This document shows, one piece after another, positions 16,553 to 25,731 of a stretch of 32,000 nt of DNA. The notes below the pieces were generated by a model. It had not been told where the DNA came from. It saw only the letters and a program-made list of their open reading frames with translations, and made no database searches. Source of the stretch: Oleispira antarctica RB-8 (GTDB lineage Bacteria > Pseudomonadota > Gammaproteobacteria > Pseudomonadales > Oceanobacteraceae). The stretch spans positions 1,293,350 to 1,325,349 of the forward strand of contig FO203512.1 of the NCBI GenBank assembly GCA_000967895.1, read 5' to 3'. Position 1 is the first letter of the stretch. Each line of letters begins with the position of its first letter. Made by a program: the position numbers and the translations under genes.

Positions 16553-18268
16553 ATGGATAATGCAGTCGCTAACCCAGCTCAAAATCAAGCCGCCGATGAT
16601 ACGTCTTCCGAGTTGACGACGAACGAAGCGCTGGCTGATTCAGAATCAAATATGCATCCGGTTGTTGCCGGTTTTAATAAACTATCCATTGTGCGCCAAG
16701 CGGCCATGCTGGGTGGCTTTGCTTTGGTGATCGCGTTAACCATCGCTATTTTTATTTGGTCGCAAGAGCCTAATTACAAACCGCTAATTAATCGTATGCA
16801 AGATTATAACGCGCAAGAAATTGTTGAAGTTTTGCAGCGAGAAGGGTTTGAATTTGAAATCGATCCTACGTCACAAGTACTTCTGGTACGTGCTGATGAG
16901 TTGCACGATGCGCGCTTAAAGTTGGCGGCCGCGAGTTTGATCGACGACAAAACCGTTGGCCTTGAGTTGTTGGATAATGAATCCAATTTAGGCACCAGTC
17001 ATTTTATTGAAACCGCCCGTTACCGTCGTGGTTTAGAAGGCGAATTAGCCAGAACGATTGCCAGTATTCAAGCCGTTCGTAATGCCCGAGTTCATCTTGC
17101 CATTCCTAAGCAATCTGTTTTTGTGCGTGATCATCGACAGCCAAGAGCGTCTGTTTTTCTTGAGCTTTATGCCGGTGCGGCTTTGCATAAAGATCAGGTT
17201 GAAGCGATTGTTAATCTCGTATCTTCTTCGATTAGTGAAATGGATAAAGGCTCTGTTTCTGTGGTTGATCAGAAAGGGAATTTGCTGTCAAAAATAGAAC
17301 ATGATAGCCAAGAATTATTAGCGACGAAGCAATTGCAGTATACCGAACGCGTGGAAGACTCTATTAGTTCTCGGGTGAACAGCATATTAAAACCTGTGTT
17401 AGGCATCGAAAATTATAAAGCAGAAGTATCGGCAGATATTGATTTTACGGTGGTGGAGCAATCGGAAGAAACCTTTAATCCCGATTTAATTGCCGTGCGC
17501 AGTGAGCAATTAATAAATGAGCAAACAGTGAGTGGTGCTGAAGGTGGTATACCGGGCGCGCTGACTAATCAGCCTCCGGGTCAGGCTGAAGCGCCTGAGC
17601 AAATTGATCCAGCGACGGGGCAGCCTATTACGCCTATGGATAAACGCAGTGAAACAACGCGTAATTATGAAGTCGATCGCACGTTAAGTTATAAACAGCA
17701 GCAAGTGGGGCGTATTAATCGTTTAACGGTTGCGGTTGTGATTAATGATAAGCAATCTTTAAATGCCGAAACCGGAGACATGCAATTTGTACCTTGGGCG
17801 GAAGAAGATTTAGCGCGTTTAGAAATATTAGTGAAAGATGCTGTTGGCTTTAGTGCCGCGCGGGGTGATAGTGTTAATGTCATTAATTCGCCTTTCATGG
17901 GTAAGGGTGAAATTGAATTAGGCAGCCCAGAATTTTGGACTCAGCCTTGGTTCTGGGAAATTATGAAGCAGGTATTGGCAGGATTATTCTTACTGGTGCT
18001 GATTTTCGGTGTAATTCGTCCTACGATTCATAGTATTGCCAATAAAGGCCGTAGTGATGAAGACGGTATGGGCTTAGATGAGTTGGCCGATGCCGACGAT
18101 GAATTTGACGAAGATAAGGTCACTTTGTCTGGGGCTGATAACTTTTTATTACCGGGGGCGTCAGAAAGTTTTGAGCGCCAACTGGATGCCCTTAAAGGTC
18201 TTATCGCTGAAGATCCTGCGCGGGTAGCGCAAGTGGTTATTCAATGGATTAATGCTAGTGATGATTAA
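16553..18268 (+). CDS. fliF: Flagellar MS-ring protein FliF
   Basis: YKPLINRMQDYNAQEIVEVLQREGFEFEIDPTSQVLLVRADELHDARLKLAA, FIETARYRRGLEGELARTIASIQAVRNARVHLAIPKQSVFVRDHRQPRASVFLEL and the C-terminal FliG-binding tail. Confidence 0.97.
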   Translation: MDNAVANPAQNQAADDTSSELTTNEALADSESNMHPVVAGFNKLSIVRQAAMLGGFALVIALTIAIFIWSQEPNYKPLINRMQDYNAQEIVEVLQREGFEFEIDPTSQVLLVRADELHDARLKLAAASLIDDKTVGLELLDNESNLGTSHFIETARYRRGLEGELARTIASIQAVRNARVHLAIPKQSVFVRDHRQPRASVFLELYAGAALHKDQVEAIVNLVSSSISEMDKGSVSVVDQKGNLLSKIEHDSQELLATKQLQYTERVEDSISSRVNSILKPVLGIENYKAEVSADIDFTVVEQSEETFNPDLIAVRSEQLINEQTVSGAEGGIPGALTNQPPGQAEAPEQIDPATGQPITPMDKRSETTRNYEVDRTLSYKQQQVGRINRLTVAVVINDKQSLNAETGDMQFVPWAEEDLARLEILVKDAVGFSAARGDSVNVINSPFMGKGEIELGSPEFWTQPWFWEIMKQVLAGLFLLVLIFGVIRPTIHSIANKGRSDEDGMGLDELADADDEFDEDKVTLSGADNFLLPGASESFERQLDALKGLIAEDPARVAQVVIQWINASDD

Positions 18269-18291
18269 CGTGCATAAGGTAACGCATTAAC

Positions 18292-19332
18292 ATGGCTGAA
18301 AATACAATGCCTTCAGAGGCAAATCAGAAAGAATTATTAGCAAACCTTTCACGGGTTGAGCGTGCAGCCATTTTATTGATGAGCTTGGGCGAAAAAGATG
18401 CGGCTGAAATTCTAAAGCACATGGGGCCAAAGGAAGTTCAGCGCGTTGGCACGTCTATGGCAACCTTGCACGATGTTCGTCAAGAGCAAGTGGAAGGTGT
18501 GGTGCTTGAGTTTTTGCAGGCGGTGAGTGGTCAAACGGGTATGGGCTTAGGTTCGGATGATTATATTCGTAATATGCTGCAGCAAGCCTTGGGCGATGAT
18601 AAAGCGGGTGCATTGATTGACCGTATTTTATTGGGTGGCAGTACCACGGGCTTGGATTCATTGAAGTGGATGGAGTCGCGCCAGGTTGCTGATTTAATTC
18701 GCCATGAGCATCCGCAGATTCAAGCGATTGTTATTTCTTATTTAGACCCTGATCAATCGGCAGAGATTTTGTCGAATTTTGATGAGAAGGTGCGTCTCGA
18801 TATTATTATGCGTGTTGCGTCATTAGAAGCGGTTCAGCCAGCGGCATTGCAAGAATTGAATGACATTCTTGAGCGTCAATTCTCAGGCAAAGCCGGTACG
18901 CAAACTCAGACCATGGGTGGCGTTAAGGTGGCAGCCAGCATTGTTAACTTGGTTGATAGCACCATTGCCAATGATCTGCTTGAGCAGATTAAAGAAACGG
19001 ATGAAGACATGGGGACTAAGATTCAAGACCTTATGTTTGTTTTCGACAATCTTGTGGATGTGGACGATCGTGGTATTCAGGCACTGATGCGTGAAGTTTC
19101 AACTGACATATTGGTGGTTGCGCTGAAAGGCGCCGATACGGCGGTGCAGGAGAAAATATTCAAAAACATGTCGAAGCGTGCGGCTGAATTATTACGCGAT
19201 GATTTAGAAGCGAAAGGCCCAATGAAGGTAAGCGAAGTTGAAAACGCGCAAAAAGAAATTCTTCTTATTGCACGTCGTTTGGCGGATGCGGGTGAAATTA
19301 TGCTTGGTGGTGGTGGTGAGGCTATGGTGTAA
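18292..19332 (+). CDS. fliG: Flagellar motor switch protein FliG
   Basis: SRVERAAILLMSLGEKDAAEILKHMGPKEVQ, EHPQIQAIVISYLDPDQSAEIL, MFVFDNLVDVDDRGIQALMREV, MSKRAAELLRDDLEAKGPMKVSEVE. Confidence 0.97.
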   Translation: MAENTMPSEANQKELLANLSRVERAAILLMSLGEKDAAEILKHMGPKEVQRVGTSMATLHDVRQEQVEGVVLEFLQAVSGQTGMGLGSDDYIRNMLQQALGDDKAGALIDRILLGGSTTGLDSLKWMESRQVADLIRHEHPQIQAIVISYLDPDQSAEILSNFDEKVRLDIIMRVASLEAVQPAALQELNDILERQFSGKAGTQTQTMGGVKVAASIVNLVDSTIANDLLEQIKETDEDMGTKIQDLMFVFDNLVDVDDRGIQALMREVSTDILVVALKGADTAVQEKIFKNMSKRAAELLRDDLEAKGPMKVSEVENAQKEILLIARRLADAGEIMLGGGGEAMV

Positions 19333-19338
19333 ACCATT

Positions 19339-20391
19339 GTGACGGCTATGACGACGACTACGGTGAATACGATGAAAGAAGATGAGGATGATGAGTTTGA
19401 GGCAAGCAGTGAAGATATTGAGATAAAACCGTGGGATTTGCCTTATTGGCATGGTGGGCCAAAAGGTACAAAAAAAGAAGTTGTCGATGAGACGGTGGCT
19501 GATGAAGAGGTTGATGTTGTTGAGCCGCTTACGGTTGAAGAGCTGGAAGCTATTCGCAGTGAAGGCTACGAAGAAGGTTTTTTGCAAGGCTTAAACGAAG
19601 GTCGAGACAAGGGTGAAAAAGAGGGCTTGGCGACGGGTAAAGTCGAGGGTCATAAAGAAGGCGTGAAAGAGGGTACGCAAGAAGGTAATCGAATTGGTTT
19701 TGAAGCTGGGCAGGCGGAAGGTCTTACGTCGGGTAAAGAAGAAATAAGCGAAGCGGCGAGTAACTTGGCAAAATTAAGCCAGCAGTTAGAGCAAAGTCTG
19801 GTTGAAAAAGACAGTGCATTGCCTAAAGTTTTGAGCCAGTTAATTAGAACGGCGTGCGAAACGATTATTGAGCGTGAGTTAGCGCAAGGCGATGATCATA
19901 TTACTAAGAAAGTATTGTCGGCGCTTGATCAGCTTCCTAATGGTGCTGAAAATATTAAAATTTATGTTAGTCCCGCAGATTCGGTGCATTTAGAGCATGG
20001 CTTAAGTCATTCTGGTCGTGAAATGCATTTTACGGTGGATGACGTTTTAGATGCAGGCAGTGCTCGAATTACCACGACGCAATCGTTAATTGAATTTAGC
20101 CTGCGTGAACGAATGGACGCTGTATTTGAGCTGATCGATCAGGAGTGTGAAAAACTTGATCTATCGGATATTGACGGTGAGCCGTTAGCTACGGAAGAAC
20201 CTGTTATTGAAGAAGAACCTGTTGTCGAAGAAGAGCCTGTCATCGAAGAAGAGCCTGTCATCGAAGAAGAGCCTGTCATCGAAGAAGAACCTGTCATCGA
20301 AGAAGAACCTGTTGTCGAAGAAGAACCTGTCATCGAAGAAGAACCTATAGCAGCCGATAACGATGTGACTGAAGAAGATGACTTGCCATGA
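19339..20391 (+). CDS. fliH: Flagellar assembly protein FliH with GxxxG heptad-like region and extra acidic C-terminal tail
   Basis: WDLPYWHG near the N-terminus, long G-xxx-G series, [37 protein letters not shown]; located between fliG and fliI. Confidence 0.92.
   Translation: MTAMTTTTVNTMKEDEDDEFEASSEDIEIKPWDLPYWHGGPKGTKKEVVDETVADEEVDVVEPLTVEELEAIRSEGYEEGFLQGLNEGRDKGEKEGLATGKVEGHKEGVKEGTQEGNRIGFEAGQAEGLTSGKEEISEAASNLAKLSQQLEQSLVEKDSALPKVLSQLIRTACETIIERELAQGDDHITKKVLSALDQLPNGAENIKIYVSPADSVHLEHGLSHSGREMHFTVDDVLDAGSARITTTQSLIEFSLRERMDAVFELIDQECEKLDLSDIDGEPLATEEPVIEEEPVVEEEPVIEEEPVIEEEPVIEEEPVIEEEPVVEEEPVIEEEPIAADNDVTEEDDLP
20203..20346 (+). repeat. 8 tandem copies of an 18-bp repeat encoding V(I/V)EEEP
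   Basis: Units at 20203, 20221, 20239, 20257, 20275, 20293, 20311 and 20329; consensus GTCATCGAAGAAGARCCT with few substitutions. Confidence 0.97.
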
Positions 20392-21737
20392 GTTTGAGCG
20401 ATCAAATTAGTAATATCAGTCTTGAAAAATTATCACTGCAAAAAAAAGCCAGCGGACGCTTAATCCGTATGGTGGGATTAACTCTAGAGGCTGAAGGCCT
20501 TGTTGTAAAAATTGGCGATCGTTGCATGGTTGAACGTCGTGATGATACCGATATTGAAGCCGAAGTGGTTGGCTTTGATGGCAGTCGTATATTTCTTATG
20601 CCGATTGAACAAGTTGATGGCTTGCAGGCTGGGACTAAAGTTAGCCCCCTGTCGGGCTCTAACGGCGTGCCAGTCGGCTTTCAATTGCTGGGTCGTGTAC
20701 TTGATGGTATTGGCCGACCTTTAGACGGTAAAGGCCCACTGCATGCCGAAGAAGGTTCATTGCAAGGCGAGCAGATTAATCCATTGCATCGAGATCCTAT
20801 TCGCACCACCTTAGATGTGGGCATACGTTCTATTAATGCGCTGATGACTGTGGGTCGTGGTCAGCGTTTAGGGCTATTTGCAGGCAGTGGCGTGGGTAAA
20901 AGTATGCTGCTGGGTATGATGACACGTTTTACCGAAGCGGATATTACTGTGGTAGGTTTAATTGGTGAGCGTGGCCGAGAAGTAAAAGAATTTATTGATG
21001 AAATTTTAGGTGAAGAAGGCATGGCGCGTTCGGTGGTGATTGCTTCTCCAGCTGACGATTCTCCCTTGATGCGTCTACGTGCTGCGATGTATTGCACATC
21101 GGTAGCCGAGTACTACCGTAAGCAAGGTAAAAACGTATTACTGCTTATGGATTCTTTAACCCGTTATGCCCAAGCCCAGCGAGAAATTGCATTGGCGGTT
21201 GGCGAACCTCCTGCAACCAAGGGTTATCCACCTTCGGTATTTACCAAAATTCCTAAGTTAGTAGAGCGCGCGGGTAATGGTGAAGCAGGTGGTGGTTCGA
21301 TCACCGCGTTTTATACGGTGTTAAGTGAAGGTGATGATTTACAAGATCCGGTGGCCGATGCCAGTCGTGCTATTTTGGATGGCCACATTGTATTATCGCG
21401 AAAATTAGCCGATGAAGGACATTACCCTGCGATTGATATTGAAGCGTCGATCAGTCGTGCGATGCCGCAAATAGTATCAAAAGATTGGCTACGTAAAGCT
21501 CAAATGCTGCGTCAGTTGTATGCACACTACCAAGAGAATAAAGATTTAGTGAGTGTGGGGGCATATCAAGCAGGGACCGACCCTACGCTGGATTTGGCGT
21601 TGAATCGAATGCCCATGATTCAAAGCTTCTTGCAACAGGAATTAACTGAGTGCGTTAAAATTGACGCCAGTCTTGAGCAGTTAAATGTCATTCTTCCTGA
21701 TGTGCCGCAGGCGGATGTGAGTGGGCAAACTGTATGA
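20388..21737 (+). CDS. fliI: Flagellum-specific ATPase FliI
   Basis: Walker [35 protein letters not shown], Walker [36 protein letters not shown]; overlaps the fliH stop by ATGA. Confidence 0.97.
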   Translation: MSLSDQISNISLEKLSLQKKASGRLIRMVGLTLEAEGLVVKIGDRCMVERRDDTDIEAEVVGFDGSRIFLMPIEQVDGLQAGTKVSPLSGSNGVPVGFQLLGRVLDGIGRPLDGKGPLHAEEGSLQGEQINPLHRDPIRTTLDVGIRSINALMTVGRGQRLGLFAGSGVGKSMLLGMMTRFTEADITVVGLIGERGREVKEFIDEILGEEGMARSVVIASPADDSPLMRLRAAMYCTSVAEYYRKQGKNVLLLMDSLTRYAQAQREIALAVGEPPATKGYPPSVFTKIPKLVERAGNGEAGGGSITAFYTVLSEGDDLQDPVADASRAILDGHIVLSRKLADEGHYPAIDIEASISRAMPQIVSKDWLRKAQMLRQLYAHYQENKDLVSVGAYQAGTDPTLDLALNRMPMIQSFLQQELTECVKIDASLEQLNVILPDVPQADVSGQTV

Positions 21738-22183
21738 GTAAGCAACGAGTTAAGCGTTTAGGCTTTGTATTAAAAATGGCGGCTGATAAAGAACAGCAAG
21801 ATTTAAAGGTATGGGGTCAATATCAGCAGAAGCTAGAGCAGGAAGTTGGCACGCTCACCCAACTTGAGCAATATATGACGGAATACCGTAGCAGTTTAAC
21901 CAGTCAGCATGCCGCACCTATTCAAGGTGGACAGATACAAAATACCATTGCTTTTATTGAACAAATTAAAGAGGCAAGTGGTCATCAGCAGCAGCAAATC
22001 GATCTGGTTCAGCAACAAGCCGAGGGTGCTAAGCGCGTCTATTTGGCGGCGCGCGCAAAGGCTGAAGCCTTGCGTAAGCTGATTGAAAAATTAAATCTAC
22101 AAGCGTATGCACTGGAAGAAAAGCAAGATCAGAAAATGATGGATGAATTTGCTGCCCGCAGTGCTCGTAACCGTCAGTTATAG
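21734..22183 (+). CDS. fliJ: Flagellar export protein FliJ
   Basis: Small coiled-coil protein (149 aa) with ATGA overlap after fliI; [52 protein letters not shown]. Confidence 0.88.
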   Translation: MSKQRVKRLGFVLKMAADKEQQDLKVWGQYQQKLEQEVGTLTQLEQYMTEYRSSLTSQHAAPIQGGQIQNTIAFIEQIKEASGHQQQQIDLVQQQAEGAKRVYLAARAKAEALRKLIEKLNLQAYALEEKQDQKMMDEFAARSARNRQL

Positions 22184-22305
22184 TTTTAGAACTCGTCTTT
22201 ATTAAATTCCTATATTCACAATCCTTTCTTTATATTCCAATCAACATTAGCAGCTTTCCAATTGCCGTCTATTCTTAAAGTAAATGAAAATAGGAATGGA
22301 ATGAC

Positions 22306-22599
22306 ATGTCTGAAGGGCATCAAGTTGAATGCGGTGAGCGAATGACCATCGAAAAGGTCGAGAGTTTGTATAGCCAGTTAGAATCAGCGTTGTTAGAGCA
22401 CGGTAAAATTGAGCTTATTGCTGATCGTGTTCAGCAGTGCGATACCGCGTCACTTCAGTTAATCGTAAACCTTCTTAAAGCATCAAAACAGCAAGGTCAT
22501 AGTGTGATATGGATTAAACCTTCGCAGGCTATTATCAATGTGGCTGAGCTGTTGGGCTTAATTGAACCGCTAGAGCTGACACAACATATTGTGCGGTAG
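22306..22599 (+). CDS. STAS-domain protein (possible anti-sigma antagonist-like)
   Basis: MTIEKVESLYSQLESALLEHGKIELIADRVQQCDTASLQLIVNLLKASKQQGHSVIWIKPSQAIINVAELLGLIEPL resembles STAS/MlaB-type domains. Confidence 0.8.
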   Translation: MSEGHQVECGERMTIEKVESLYSQLESALLEHGKIELIADRVQQCDTASLQLIVNLLKASKQQGHSVIWIKPSQAIINVAELLGLIEPLELTQHIVR

Positions 22600-22646
22600 C
22601 AATTTATTCAGAAGCAATTTATTCACAAGATTGAGGGAGTATGCCA

Positions 22647-23009
22647 ATGGCAACCATTTTGGCGGTAGACGATTCTGCATCAATGCGACAAATGGTCACG
22701 TTCACGTTAAAAGGTGCAGGCTATGATGTTCAGGAAGCTTGTGATGGCAGTGAAGCTTTAAACATCGCTAAAACGCAAAAATTTGATTTGGTCTTGTCGG
22801 ATGTGAATATGCCCGTTATGGATGGTATTCAATTGGTTACAGAGCTACGCACACTGCCTGAGTACAAGTTTGTGCCGATTCTTATGCTAACAACAGAGTC
22901 TTCTGGTGATACAAAAATGGCGGGTAAAAAAGCAGGTGCGACGGGCTGGATTGTTAAGCCATTTAATCCAGATCAGCTATTAAATACCATTAAGAAAGTA
23001 TTAGGTTAA
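22647..23009 (+). CDS. cheY: CheY-like response regulator
   Basis: MATILAVDDSASMRQMVTFTLKGAGYDVQEACDG...FDLVLSDVNMPVMDGIQLV...MLTTES...GWIVKPFNPDQLL. An in-frame ATG at 22641 is an alternative start. Confidence 0.9.
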   Translation: MATILAVDDSASMRQMVTFTLKGAGYDVQEACDGSEALNIAKTQKFDLVLSDVNMPVMDGIQLVTELRTLPEYKFVPILMLTTESSGDTKMAGKKAGATGWIVKPFNPDQLLNTIKKVLG

Positions 23010-23014
23010 TTATT

Positions 23015-25135
23015 ATGAGTATTGATCTCTCGCAATTTCATCAGGTTTTCTTTGAAGAAAGTTTTGAAGGCTTGGATATTATGGAGTCCAGTTTATTAGC
23101 ACTGGATTTAGCGGACGTTGATGCTGAAACTATTAATACTATTTTTCGTGCGGCGCATTCAATTAAGGGAGGCGCGGGCACTTTTGGCTTTATGCAAATA
23201 TCCGGTTTTACTCATGTACTGGAAACATTATTAGATGAAATTCGAGGGGGGGCACGGGAAATAGAGCAGGAACATGTTGATATTTTTTTGCAATGCGTTG
23301 ATTGCTTGCGAGGCTTGATGAGTGATCTGCAAGCAGGCTCCGAGCCTGAGATGACTCAAGCTAATGAACTGAAAAGTAAGTTTGAGATTATTTTAGCCGG
23401 AGAGGCTGTCTGTGTTGATAGTGAGGCCGCGACCGGATCGGCGATAGAAAACCAAAGCTTTGATTCAGACCCAGCGTCAGGTTCTGACAGTCGTAAGAAA
23501 GGTTGGAAAATTGAGTTTATTCCCTGTGAAGATGTTTTATGCACCGGTAATGAACCTTATAGAATGTTTCGTGAGCTAAAGGATTTAGCCGAAGCGGAAG
23601 CGGGCAGTCTTGATGTTATTCCTCATTTAGAGGCATTACCTGAATTCTCTGGGATGCACCCAGAGATGTGCTATCTCTCTTGGACTGTATTTGTGCGTGC
23701 CGATGTAGAATTGGCTGACATTGAAGAAATATTTGAATGGGTTGTAGACGATTGCGAAATTCGCTATGAACGCCTTTCAGACACAGAAGTGGTTGAAGCA
23801 TCGGTTGCTGTTGAATCAAAAGTTGAAAACTCTGCCGTCGAAGAGTCAATCGCCGTTGAAGAAACGGTAGAAGAAACGATAGAAAAAACGGTGGCGATTG
23901 CAGAAGCACCATCCCCTAAAGCAGCCAATAAAACAGTAGAAAATACCTCTATACGCGTCTCCATAGATAAGATTGATGGCTTGATCAATATGGTGGGTGA
24001 GTTAGTTATAACTCAATCCATGCTCGGTCAGTTGGGCCAAGAATTTGATATGAGTCGAATCCAACGTTTACAAGAAGGCTTGTCGCAGCTTGAGCAAAAT
24101 ACTCGCGAGCTGCAAGAAAGTGTGATGAAAATTCGCATGCTGCCAATCAGTTTTGCGTTCAGTCGTTTTCCTCGCCTGGTTCATGACTTGAGTAAACAGC
24201 TTGAGAAAGAAGTTGAGCTGGTAATGATTGGCGAAAATACCGAGTTGGATAAAACGGTGATGGAGAAAATTGGCGATCCTCTGGTTCACCTTGTGCGCAA
24301 CTCCCTTGATCATGGCTTGGAGTGCCCACAACAACGGCTTGAAAATGGTAAGTCCAGTATCGGTACTATTACGCTAAACGCCTATCATCATGGTGGTTCT
24401 ATTGTTATTGAAGTGAAAGATGATGGTGCGGGTTTAAACAAAGATAGAATTCGCAATAAAGCGATTGAAAAAGGATTGATTGCTGAAGATGAACATCTGA
24501 CTGATGGTCAGATTTACGATCTTATTTTTCAGCCAGGATTTTCAACCGCCGATGTAGTGAGCGATGTCTCTGGCCGAGGTGTGGGAATGGATGTGGTGCG
24601 CCGAAATATTGCAGAGCTTAATGGCTCTATTGATGTTTCGTCAACCCCAGGAGAAGGCTCAGTTTTCTCAATTAGACTGCCACTTACGTTAGCAATTCTT
24701 GATGGTCAGTTGGTTAAAGTGGGCGAAGAAATCTATATTTTCCCCTTGGTCTCTATTGTGGAATCTATTCAGCTAGAAAAATCGATGTTGAATAATATTA
24801 CCGGTAATCAGTTTGTGATGCAGCTGCGTAATGATTTTGTTCCTATTGTTTGCTTGCAAGATATTTTTAATATTAAGGCAGAAAAGAAAGATCTTGAAGG
24901 CGCGATGCTGGTGGTTGTAGAGGGTGATAATGGCAAGGTAGGTATTGTCGTTGATGAACTGTTAGGCCAGCAACAAGTCGTGATTAAAAGCCTCGAGAAA
25001 AACTACCAAAAAGTCGATTCGATTTCCGGTGCCACAATTTTAGGGGATGGTACTGTTGCCTTAATTGTGGATATCTCGGGTTTAAATAATAAGTCGCCAG
25101 ATAAAAAATCTGACAATCAAACTCAAGCTGCTTAA
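23015..25135 (+). CDS. cheA: Chemotaxis histidine kinase CheA
   Basis: HPt motif FRAAHSIKGGAGTFGF, dimerization/kinase core IDGLINMVGELVITQSM, LVHLVRNSLDHGLE, GRGVGMDVVRRNI, C-terminal CheW-like domain. Confidence 0.96.
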   Translation: MSIDLSQFHQVFFEESFEGLDIMESSLLALDLADVDAETINTIFRAAHSIKGGAGTFGFMQISGFTHVLETLLDEIRGGAREIEQEHVDIFLQCVDCLRGLMSDLQAGSEPEMTQANELKSKFEIILAGEAVCVDSEAATGSAIENQSFDSDPASGSDSRKKGWKIEFIPCEDVLCTGNEPYRMFRELKDLAEAEAGSLDVIPHLEALPEFSGMHPEMCYLSWTVFVRADVELADIEEIFEWVVDDCEIRYERLSDTEVVEASVAVESKVENSAVEESIAVEETVEETIEKTVAIAEAPSPKAANKTVENTSIRVSIDKIDGLINMVGELVITQSMLGQLGQEFDMSRIQRLQEGLSQLEQNTRELQESVMKIRMLPISFAFSRFPRLVHDLSKQLEKEVELVMIGENTELDKTVMEKIGDPLVHLVRNSLDHGLECPQQRLENGKSSIGTITLNAYHHGGSIVIEVKDDGAGLNKDRIRNKAIEKGLIAEDEHLTDGQIYDLIFQPGFSTADVVSDVSGRGVGMDVVRRNIAELNGSIDVSSTPGEGSVFSIRLPLTLAILDGQLVKVGEEIYIFPLVSIVESIQLEKSMLNNITGNQFVMQLRNDFVPIVCLQDIFNIKAEKKDLEGAMLVVVEGDNGKVGIVVDELLGQQQVVIKSLEKNYQKVDSISGATILGDGTVALIVDISGLNNKSPDKKSDNQTQAA

Positions 25136-25146
25136 GGGAGTAGTGC

Positions 25147-25695
25147 ATGATAAATGCAGCTCAGAAAAACAAGAATGATAAAGGCTCTAGTATTAACACT
25201 TCAGGTACGAGTGATGATGAACAGCAATATTTAACTTTCATTATGGCAGGAGAAGAATACGGCGTTGATATTTTAGCGGTTCAAGAGATACGAGGCTGGG
25301 AACCAACCACGGTTATTCCAAATGCACCCAGTTATATCAAAGGTGTTATTAATCTACGAGGAACCATCGTTCCCATTATGGATTTGCGAAGTCGATTTAA
25401 TTTAGAGCGTATTGAATACAGCCCAGTGACCGTGGTTATTATTCTTAAGGTCGAAACCGAGCGTGGCGAGCGGGTTATGGGAATTGTTGTTGATGCAGTA
25501 TCCGACGTTCACTCGATCAGTGATTCTGATACCCGTAATAGTCCCGATTTAATAGAAGATTTAAATACCGAGTTTATTCGCAGCTTGGTTTCGGTAGATG
25601 ACAGTATGATTATTTTATTGGACGTACAGCGACTATTAACGATTGATAAGCAATTAGTAGATTTAGCCGCTGATGCAATAGTCGATACCCAATAG
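25147..25695 (+). CDS. cheW: Chemotaxis coupling protein CheW
   Basis: YLTFIMAGEEYGVDILAVQEIRGWEPTTVIPNAPSYIKGVINLRGTIVPIMDLRSRFNL. Confidence 0.95.
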   Translation: MINAAQKNKNDKGSSINTSGTSDDEQQYLTFIMAGEEYGVDILAVQEIRGWEPTTVIPNAPSYIKGVINLRGTIVPIMDLRSRFNLERIEYSPVTVVIILKVETERGERVMGIVVDAVSDVHSISDSDTRNSPDLIEDLNTEFIRSLVSVDDSMIILLDVQRLLTIDKQLVDLAADAIVDTQ

Positions 25696-25731
25696 GGCAC
25701 TTAAGAGCTTTATGATAATAGGATAAATATC

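Noticed and set aside
20139-20405. Minus-strand 88-aa ORF with GSSSMT repeats
   Set aside because: It is the antisense reading of the fliH 18-bp tandem repeat; the + strand VIEEEP frame is in a clear gene.
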